Assembly (NCBI GenBank): GCA_029058745.1
Contig: JAIDXM010000049.1
Coordinates: 109,069-173,068 of the forward strand
DNA from: Muribaculaceae bacterium
GTDB lineage: Bacteria; Bacteroidota; Bacteroidia; Bacteroidales; Muribaculaceae
Length of the DNA: 64,000 nt
Direction: 5' to 3'
Position numbers and translations under genes: made by a program. Shown in pieces: positions 17,885 to 24,518 of the stretch. The notes beneath the pieces are model-generated. The model was not told the DNA's origin. It did not search any database and saw only the letters and a list, made by a program, of their open reading frames with translations. Positions within the stretch are counted from its first letter, which is position 1. Every line of letters starts with the position of its first letter.

Positions 17885-17910
17885 GAAAAATCAGGTTTAA
17901 TTATGCCGGT

Positions 17911-17949
17911 TCAGTCGTCGAGCTGTATGTAGCCGAACTGAGGTTCGCC
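17911..17949 (-). pseudogene. Orphan 3' end (last 12 codons plus stop) of a cassette-C-type propeller gene
   Basis: 17911-17949 matches 14624-14662 with 3 mismatches in 39 nt (encodes GEPQFGYIQLDD-stop). Sits between propeller D and TGase D. Confidence 0.6.
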
Positions 17950-17977
17950 AAGATATGTCAAACTAATTGTGTAAAGT

Positions 17978-19066
17978 TTAGTATTGCATTTTGATAGGTA
18001 CCGAAATCATGATTGAGCGTTTCTCGTCAGACTCCTTTCCGAAAGCTATGATTTTGCCAGTATCTGTAATTGTTGCGGGTGGATAAATATCCTTATCCGG
18101 CATCAATGTGCGTTCAAGCGTTCCTTTCTTGTCATAGATTTCAAAATAGAGCCGATTGTAATCTTCGGATTTTTTATATCTGCGGGCGGCTATTATCTTG
18201 TCCTTGTATTTAAAAGCACTCCATACACCACCTCCGAATCCTTCCTTGATTCTTGTGGTGGCGGACCGTGTTGCCGTTTCGTCATTGTAATCATATTGAT
18301 AAGGAGCAATCATCCTTTCGTCAACAAGAGAATATGTCTCGCCATTTCGTTCATATACACTAATCACATATGAGCTGAACACGACAAGGCTTTCATCGTC
18401 ATTCATAACAATTGAATTTGTCTGATGGAAATTCCCGAGTATTCCGATTGAAAGATCTTTCTCCTTCTCCCATAGTCTTGGGAATGTTCCGAAGCGATTT
18501 TTGATATTTCCGACACTGTCAAGCAATATAAAACGATACTCCTGGTCATTTTTTTCCATAGAACCAAATGGCATAACAGAAACAACATATTCTCCATTAG
18601 GCATTGCAAAGACATTTGAACTCTCTCCGGGGAGCATAAAAAGCTTTTGAGATTTACTCCCGTCCAGTTTTTCGGAAAATAATGTCATAAGAGGGCGTGA
18701 GTAAATCAGGATACTGTCCGGTTTTAGATAAAAACTGATTGGACGTATCATTTCTCCCGGTCCGTTCCCTACCGCTACCATGTTTTTTAGAGTCTTTCCG
18801 TCTTCAAGCCTTAGCACTTTTATTATACTGTCGCCATAATGATCGGCTACATATATATACTTATCCATACATTGCATTTCTGCCGGGTATCCTATACTTT
18901 CATTGGCAACAAGCTCCTGAAATATAATTTGTTCCGGAGAGTCTTGTTGAGAGGCGTTGTTTCTATTGCAAGATAGAGTTGTCAAACAGCTTGCTATGAC
19001 GGCTAATACGGCAATCCTTATTTCTATTTTTTCCTTTTTCATAAAATATAGGTTTGTATAAAGCAT
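17978..19066 (-). CDS. 6-bladed beta-propeller-type lipoprotein, cassette D
   Basis: 362-aa ORF; the alternative ATG at 19042 gives MKKEKIEIRIAVLAVIASCLTTLSCN (lipobox). Motif VAVGNGPGEM. Confidence 0.7.
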   Translation of the reverse strand: MLYTNLYFMKKEKIEIRIAVLAVIASCLTTLSCNRNNASQQDSPEQIIFQELVANESIGYPAEMQCMDKYIYVADHYGDSIIKVLRLEDGKTLKNMVAVGNGPGEMIRPISFYLKPDSILIYSRPLMTLFSEKLDGSKSQKLFMLPGESSNVFAMPNGEYVVSVMPFGSMEKNDQEYRFILLDSVGNIKNRFGTFPRLWEKEKDLSIGILGNFHQTNSIVMNDDESLVVFSSYVISVYERNGETYSLVDERMIAPYQYDYNDETATRSATTRIKEGFGGGVWSAFKYKDKIIAARRYKKSEDYNRLYFEIYDKKGTLERTLMPDKDIYPPATITDTGKIIAFGKESDEKRSIMISVPIKMQY

Positions 19067-19082
19067 ATGTTAATTATGTGTT

Positions 19083-19090
19083 CAAAATTA
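19083..19090 (-). promoter_or_regulatory. Candidate internal -7 box TAATTTTG ahead of propeller D
   Basis: caaaatta on + equals TAATTTTG on -, 17 nt upstream of the ATG at 19066 and 41 nt upstream of the ATG at 19042. Confidence 0.4.
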
Positions 19091-19275
19091 GTTAATGCAT
19101 AGCTTCATAAAATCTGAGGCGAACTTTCAAATCCGGATTCAGTTACAATGTCCCCCCTTTGCGCCATCATCCGAATCCAAAGTTTAATCCGCATATTTCA
19201 TAATCTATACGATACTTAATTTAGCATACATACTTATGAAATTATCTTCATAGTTCAAAGGTTATTAGTAAATCA

Positions 19276-19306
19276 GTCTTGAAGTACGGATACCGTACTT
19301 CAAGAC
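19276..19306 (-). terminator. Perfect 14-bp hairpin downstream of peptide D (terminator/attenuator)
   Basis: gtcttgaagtacgg - ata - ccgtacttcaagac, a perfect 14-bp stem starting 33 nt after the peptide stop. No U-tract follows. Confidence 0.6.
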
Positions 19307-19338
19307 AACTTCCATACATAAATTGTGGAGAGGGATCT

Positions 19339-19578
19339 TCAGTGTTTGGGCATATAAAAGATATGAATGGTATTGCCCTGAGATATCCTGTGGCACTCCG
19401 TTTCTGCCGGTAGTGGGCATTCTGTAACAGGAGCATTTTCCTGGTCTGTAAGAGCCTCAATTGTTTCGAGTTGTAAGGCAGAAAGCTGTGTCTGATTGGC
19501 GTTGGAATACGCGAATCCTCCTGTCGCGAGTGCTATTATCGCAAGCCCCACGTAGAAAAAGTTTTTCGTCATTTTCAT
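19339..19578 (-). CDS. NVEALA-type small precursor peptide D (79 aa)
   Basis: MKMTKNFFYVGLAIIALATGGFA, then the leader SALQLETIEALT, then the tail DQENAPVTECPLPAETECHRISQGNTIHIFYMPKH with 2 Cys. Confidence 0.65.
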   Translation of the reverse strand: MKMTKNFFYVGLAIIALATGGFAYSNANQTQLSALQLETIEALTDQENAPVTECPLPAETECHRISQGNTIHIFYMPKH

Positions 19579-19589
19579 GATTTTATTGA

Positions 19590-20489
19590 TTAATTGGTTG
19601 TTACTTGTCCCGTTACTTCAAAACGAAGTAGCGGAGACGTTTGGTTTTCAAAATAGACCATGACGCTTCTTAGGAAGGAGTCAGGTATTGTTTCGCGGAA
19701 TGAGACCTCGACTCTGTAAGGACTCCCTGGAGGAATGATTGTCGGGATGACAGTTCCTTCAGTGCATTCGCATGAGGAAATTACTTCCCTAACGCGGAGA
19801 GTATCGGAACTCTCGTTTTTCATGGAGAAGGTATGGGATACCGATTCTCCAGACTTTACATTACCGAAGTCATAGCTATATTCTATCCATTCCCTGTCAT
19901 TTTCAATATTGTTCTCACTTTTTCCGATTATAGAAAGATAGAGATTGAATAATCTTTTATTTTGAATTGGATTACCGAATGTTAAAACCTTATTGTTTTT
20001 ATCAATAAGAAATGTTCGCATAGAGTCATCAACTGGAAATAAATTCAAGGAATTAATATGGTCTTTAGGGTCGTATATTATATTGTATTTGAAATCATCA
20101 TATTTTTGAATCCGTTCCAAATCTTTTTCAAATACAGAAGCTGCAATCATCATGAGATTTACGGTTTTGTCACCGCGCACGGAATCTACGCGCTGCATGA
20201 ACTCGTTCCAGAATTGAAGCTTCATGCGGCATTCAGAGCACCCGATGGAATCGTAGTATGATACGATTGTAAAGTCAGCTTCCGGTTTAGTGATTATTTC
20301 ACCTCCTACAAGTCTCATGGAGTCCGGGAATAGGATTCTCTTCCCCGTCCACTCTACGACGGCTTTCTCGTATGCCTTTCTCTTGCTGTCTCCACACGAT
20401 GCGACCGTCAGAAGGCCAAATGCCGTTAGGACATACGGTAGAATGCGCCTGATGGAAGAGGCTGCGTTTTTTCCGATATTAGTATTCAT
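19590..20489 (-). CDS. Thioredoxin-like (CxxC) / DUF1573 fusion lipoprotein, cassette D
   Basis: The ORF track starts at 20555, which overlaps the -7 box. The ATG at 20489 gives MNTNIGKNAASSIRRILPYVLTAFGLLTVASCGD, a proper lipoprotein signal. CxxC is GCSEC. DUF1573 motif YDFGNVKSGESVSHTFSMKNESSDTLRVREVISSCECT. Confidence 0.75.
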   Translation of the reverse strand: MNTNIGKNAASSIRRILPYVLTAFGLLTVASCGDSKRKAYEKAVVEWTGKRILFPDSMRLVGGEIITKPEADFTIVSYYDSIGCSECRMKLQFWNEFMQRVDSVRGDKTVNLMMIAASVFEKDLERIQKYDDFKYNIIYDPKDHINSLNLFPVDDSMRTFLIDKNNKVLTFGNPIQNKRLFNLYLSIIGKSENNIENDREWIEYSYDFGNVKSGESVSHTFSMKNESSDTLRVREVISSCECTEGTVIPTIIPPGSPYRVEVSFRETIPDSFLRSVMVYFENQTSPLLRFEVTGQVTTN

Positions 20490-20552
20490 AAACCGGAAAT
20501 TGCGATGGCATGTCTTTAGGTATATTTTCATGGTGACAAGGTTATCGTTTTG

Positions 20553-20560
20553 CAAATATA
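20553..20560 (-). promoter_or_regulatory. Candidate -7 box TATATTTG heading the array
   Basis: caaatata on + equals TATATTTG on -. Sits just downstream (on the - strand) of the SGNH-gene terminator. Confidence 0.45.
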
Positions 20561-20723
20561 ATGATTTTTAAATTATTATCAAAAAGATGAGAATAAAAGT
20601 TTAAAAAAATAAAAGTGGAAAGGAATTTTTCCAATTCGATGGAAAATGTATTCCGGCCAATAGCCGAGGTTTGTTTGTCAGAGTGCAAAGGTTTGTCAAG
20701 TCCTCATAATACGGTGGCACACA

Positions 20724-20759
20724 ACAAAAAAGGGAACCATCCGCAAAGACAGTTCCCTT
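20724..20759 (-). terminator. Intrinsic terminator of the SGNH hydrolase gene
   Basis: aagggaac / gttccctt 8-bp stem (20730-20759), followed on the - strand by ttttttg. Confidence 0.6.
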
Positions 20760-20775
20760 GTCATGTTGTGCTTGA

Positions 20776-21453
20776 TTATTTGAGGGCCTTGGTGAGCTGG
20801 TCTGCAATCTGCCGCATTCCGTTGACATTGGGATGTCCGGCGGTCTTGTCGATATCGTGGAGCTGTACGTATGGGATTCCGTAGTGGGTGCATGCTTCCA
20901 CGATAGAAGACGTTATGCTCTCCTTTAGTCCATCGTTGATGAGATATATAATCTCAGTGTTGGGGTGGCGGTCTTTAAGATGTGAGAGCATATAGCAAAG
21001 AGCCGGGCGGAATGATTTGAAATCGCCCTGAGAGTTGCCGCTCCAGTCAAATTCTCCGAGCGGAGAACCTGCCCAAGAGTCGTTGGTGGCTCCGAAAATG
21101 ATAATCATGTCGGGACTTCCGAGATTGTCCATCCTGGTTATGAAAGAGCGGGCGGTGTAGTCGTTGCCCTGATAGCCTGTTGTGGAGACAGTAGAGCCGG
21201 AATACGAGTTGTTTTTCTCCAGTCGGTAGCCGTTCTCCTTTATGAACAGATGCCACCAGGTCTGCTTGACATCGTTGACATCGGTTTGTTTCTGTTTCGG
21301 ACGGGCATAATACCAAAGTTCGTTTGTGGCAGGTTCCACAAATCCCTCGAAAGTGGAATAAGAGTCACCGAGCACAGACACACTTTTACGTGACTGAGCC
21401 GCCAGGGGGAGCAGCATTAAGAATGCCGCCATGAATAAGAAAAGCCTTTTCAT
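20776..21453 (-). CDS. SGNH/GDSL-family hydrolase, secreted
   Basis: 225-aa ORF with a signal peptide. Block I VLGDSYS, block III GATNDSW, block V DKTAGHPN. Confidence 0.8.
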   Translation of the reverse strand: MKRLFLFMAAFLMLLPLAAQSRKSVSVLGDSYSTFEGFVEPATNELWYYARPKQKQTDVNDVKQTWWHLFIKENGYRLEKNNSYSGSTVSTTGYQGNDYTARSFITRMDNLGSPDMIIIFGATNDSWAGSPLGEFDWSGNSQGDFKSFRPALCYMLSHLKDRHPNTEIIYLINDGLKESITSSIVEACTHYGIPYVQLHDIDKTAGHPNVNGMRQIADQLTKALK

Positions 21454-21490
21454 GATAAATGTGTTATATCAGTTATTTCTATAGCCAGCG

Positions 21491-21585
21491 CACAAAATAA
21501 ATGTGCAAATTATGCCTGTGCGAGCCTACATGGCAGAGGTATGTCCCTACACTCATAAATGCGCAAATACTTTCTGTTTTGACTA
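21491..21585 (+). repeat. Intergenic repeat element, copy 2 (without the nested hairpin)
   Basis: See copy 1. 21538-21585 is ggtatgtccctacactcataaatgcgcaaatactttctgttttgacta. Confidence 0.6.
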
Positions 21586-21689
21586 AGGGTATGTTTCATT
21601 GCCATGCGATGTCATGCGGGATTTCCGGAATGATAGGCGGGCAATGACAACTACTGTGCAGAAGTAGTCTAAAAAAGTGGCTTAATCAA

Positions 21690-21722
21690 GAAAAACAGGC
21701 GCATCCGGATGGAAGCGCCTGT
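21690..21722 (-). terminator. Intrinsic terminator of fabF
   Basis: acaggcgc / gcgcctgt 8-bp stem, followed on the - strand by a T run (aaaaa at 21691-21695 on +). Confidence 0.6.
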
Positions 21723-21747
21723 CGGATATAAAGAGACTTTCAGAAGA

Positions 21748-23013
21748 TTATTCTTTATATTTCTTGAGGATGATGGCAGCGTTGTGACCGCCGAATCCGA
21801 AGGTGTTTGAAAGCACGGCGTTTATGTCGCGTTTCTGAGCCTCGTTGAAAGTGAAGTTGAGATCGTAGTCAACTTCGGGGTCGTTGTCGCCATCCTCATG
21901 GTTGATTGTCGGAGGCACGATGCCGTCGGTGATAGCTTTCACGCTGAACAGGGCCTCAAGCGCGCCTGCGGCGCCGAGAAGGTGTCCGGTCATAGACTTT
22001 GTGGAGCTGAGGTTGATTTTGTATGCGTGGTCGCCAAACACTTCCTTGATAGCTTTCGCCTCGCTGATGTCACCCACGGGAGTGGAAGTGCCGTGCAGGT
22101 TGATGTAGTCAATCTCCTCCGGTTTCATTCCGGCATCGCGGAGAGCGTTCTCCATCACGAGTTTGGCTCCAAGACCCTCGGGATGAGTCGCGGTGATGTG
22201 ATATGCGTCGGCGCTCATGCCACCGCCAACCACCTCCGCATAGATATGCGCGCCACGAGCCTTTGCGTGCTCAAGTTCCTCAAGCACGAGGGCGGCGGCA
22301 CCCTCACCGATCACGAACCCGTCGCGGCTTCCTGAGAATGGGCGGGATGCGCCCTTGGGGTCGTCGTTGCGGGTAGAGAGAGCCTTCATTGAATTGAAAC
22401 CACCGACACCGGCAGGATAGATGGCGGCTTCGGCGCCACCTGTCACAATTGCGTCGGCCATGCCGAGACGCACATAGTTGAATGCGTCGATGAGCGCGTT
22501 GTTGGAAGATGCGCAGGCAGACACGGTGCCGAAGTTCGGTCCGCGGAAACTATGCTCGATAGAGATGTGTCCAGCGGCAATGTCGGCAATCATCTTAGGA
22601 ATGAAGAAAGGGTTGTATTTCGGGCCTTGCTCCTCTCCATGAAGAGCGAAATATCCGGCCTCCTCCTCGAAAGTGTGGAGACCGCCGATACCGGCTGCGA
22701 AAATCACTCCTACGCGGTTTTTATCAACATTCTCATTTTCAAGACCTGCATCGTTGATTGCCTCATCGGCGGCAACGAGCGCATACATCGCGTAAAGGTC
22801 GAGCTGACGGGCTTTCTTGCGGTCGAAGTGGTCGGCCGGGTTGAAGTCTTTCACCTCGCAGGCGAATTGAGTCTTGAAGTTCGACGCATCGAAATGCGTG
22901 ATGGGCCCCGCTCCGCTTACGCCGTTGACAGCATTGTCCCATGTTGTCTTGACGTCATTGCCAATAGGAGTGAGCGCACCGAGTCCGGTTACTACAACTC
23001 TTTTTAATTCCAT
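21748..23013 (-). CDS. fabF: Beta-ketoacyl-ACP synthase II
   Basis: 421 aa. Active-site region VSACASS, His motifs HGTSTPVGD and GHLLGAAG. Adjacent to acpP. Confidence 0.95.
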   Translation of the reverse strand: MELKRVVVTGLGALTPIGNDVKTTWDNAVNGVSGAGPITHFDASNFKTQFACEVKDFNPADHFDRKKARQLDLYAMYALVAADEAINDAGLENENVDKNRVGVIFAAGIGGLHTFEEEAGYFALHGEEQGPKYNPFFIPKMIADIAAGHISIEHSFRGPNFGTVSACASSNNALIDAFNYVRLGMADAIVTGGAEAAIYPAGVGGFNSMKALSTRNDDPKGASRPFSGSRDGFVIGEGAAALVLEELEHAKARGAHIYAEVVGGGMSADAYHITATHPEGLGAKLVMENALRDAGMKPEEIDYINLHGTSTPVGDISEAKAIKEVFGDHAYKINLSSTKSMTGHLLGAAGALEALFSVKAITDGIVPPTINHEDGDNDPEVDYDLNFTFNEAQKRDINAVLSNTFGFGGHNAAIILKKYKE

Positions 23014-23046
23014 ATCGGGAAATTGGTGTGGGATAGGGGTTTGATA

Positions 23047-23283
23047 TTAGTTCTGGTGCTCCTCGATGTATGTGATGGCGTCACCTACAGTGGTGATTTT
23101 CTCAGCGTCCTCGTCGGGGATTGTGATTCCGAATTCCTTCTCGAACTCCATGATGAGCTCTACGGTGTCGAGAGAATCTGCGCCGAGGTCTTTGCTGAAC
23201 TCAGCAGCGGGAGTAACTTCGTTTTCGTCAACTGTGAGTTTGTCAACGATGATAGCTTTTACTCTTGATGCAATATCTGCCAT
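23047..23283 (-). CDS. acpP: Acyl carrier protein
   Basis: 78 aa with the phosphopantetheine site motif [11 protein letters not shown]. Confidence 0.95.
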   Translation of the reverse strand: MADIASRVKAIIVDKLTVDENEVTPAAEFSKDLGADSLDTVELIMEFEKEFGITIPDEDAEKITTVGDAITYIEEHQN

Positions 23284-23491
23284 AACGTTTTAATTTTGTG
23301 TTGTTAAATAATTTTTTTACGTAATTTCAGGGTGCAAAGTAAACGAAAAAAATCCAATTGAGGAAATTTTTCAGTAAAAATTGCACGGAAAATTGACTTT
23401 TGTGCAAAAAAAGATGTGGGTTGGAGGCGACAATGCCTTCAACCCACGGAAACGTTTGATTAATCGGGTGTCCCTGTTGACGGTGGAGCAA

Positions 23492-24514
23492 TCACACTGT
23501 CCAGGTCTCGGCTGTCTTGACAATCATGTCGCGCAGGGAACCGAATCCTTTCTTTTCCTTCACTTCCTTCACCTGTGCCTCCACATCAGCCTCATAGCTG
23601 GGGCCTTCCACGTCGCGGATTACTCCGAGGGCGAGGGGGAGTGAGTGGCCGTCCATGAGGGCGAGCTGGCGGTGGAGAATATCGTCTTGTGTGTGGGCGT
23701 CGTGCACGAGCACGTCATCGATGGTGTAGCCGTCTTCTCCTAATGTGATAGCCTTGAGGTTGAAACCATCGCGCACAAGACCTTTCCGGTTGTCTTTGCC
23801 GAATAGCATCTTCTCTCCCTGGCGGAGGGTGATGGTGCGGTCGGCGCGTACCTCCTTGTCGGAGAGCCATGTGTGGATTCCATGATTGAAAATCACGCAG
23901 TTCTGCAATATCTCCACAACTGCTGCTCCTTTATGACGGGCTGCCGCCACCATAATCTCGCGGGTTGTGTCGAGCGATATGTCGAAACCTCTCGCAAAGA
24001 ATCTCCCTCTTGCCCCAAACACGAGTTCAGCGGGGATGAAGGGGTCTTCGGTTGTGCCGTAGGGAGATGATTTCGATACGAAGCCACGGTCGGAAGTAGG
24101 GGAATATTGTCCTTTTGTGAGCCCGTATATCTTATTGTTGAACAGGAGTATGTTGATGTCGATGTTGCGCCGCAGGGCATGTATGAAATGGTTTCCTCCG
24201 ATGGCGAGTCCGTCACCGTCGCCGGACACCTGCCACACGGTAAGGTCGGGACGCGCTGTCTTCACTCCGGTGGCGATGGCTGCGGCCCGGCCATGGATTG
24301 TGTGCATCCCGTAGGTATTCATATAATAAGGGAGACGCGAGGAGCATCCGATTCCGGAGATGACAGCTGTGTCTTTAGGGGCCACGCCCAGTTCCGCCAT
24401 AGCCTTGTGGAGCACGTTGAGGATGGCATGGTCGCCACATCCGGGGCACCACCGTGCAGTCTGCTGGTTCTTGAAGTCGGCCGCCACGTATGTTTGTGTC
24501 TTGTTCTCTTCCAT
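23492..24514 (-). CDS. korB: 2-oxoglutarate/2-oxoacid:ferredoxin oxidoreductase, beta (TPP-binding) subunit
   Basis: 340 aa. N-terminal WCPGCGDH and TPP motif GDGDGLAIGGNH. Starts 5 nt after the alpha-subunit stop. Confidence 0.9.
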   Translation of the reverse strand: MEENKTQTYVAADFKNQQTARWCPGCGDHAILNVLHKAMAELGVAPKDTAVISGIGCSSRLPYYMNTYGMHTIHGRAAAIATGVKTARPDLTVWQVSGDGDGLAIGGNHFIHALRRNIDINILLFNNKIYGLTKGQYSPTSDRGFVSKSSPYGTTEDPFIPAELVFGARGRFFARGFDISLDTTREIMVAAARHKGAAVVEILQNCVIFNHGIHTWLSDKEVRADRTITLRQGEKMLFGKDNRKGLVRDGFNLKAITLGEDGYTIDDVLVHDAHTQDDILHRQLALMDGHSLPLALGVIRDVEGPSYEADVEAQVKEVKEKKGFGSLRDMIVKTAETWTV

Positions 24515-24518
24515 AAGG

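Noticed and set aside
7098-20560. Known Bacteroidales RiPP-type systems (GG-leader peptides with radical-SAM/SPASM maturases and C39 exporters), and the quinohemoprotein-amine-dehydrogenase analogy (small Cys-rich subunit plus propeller)
   Set aside because: No radical-SAM (CxxxCxxC), peptidase-C39/ABC, subtilisin or flavoprotein gene is in or next to the array. The leaders lack a GG cleavage motif. The array does not fit those described systems.
20556-20723. Invertible (phase-variable) promoter upstream of the array
   Set aside because: I found only a 6-bp mini-hairpin (tggaaa/tttcca). There are no flanking inverted repeats of the 15-30 bp type that bracket Bacteroides invertible promoters, and no recombinase is nearby.
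20601-20893. ORFs 20601-20828, 20615-20884 and 20696-20893
   Set aside because: They overlap the SGNH hydrolase 3' end and its terminator and promoter spacer. They are mutually overlapping in different frames and motif-free.
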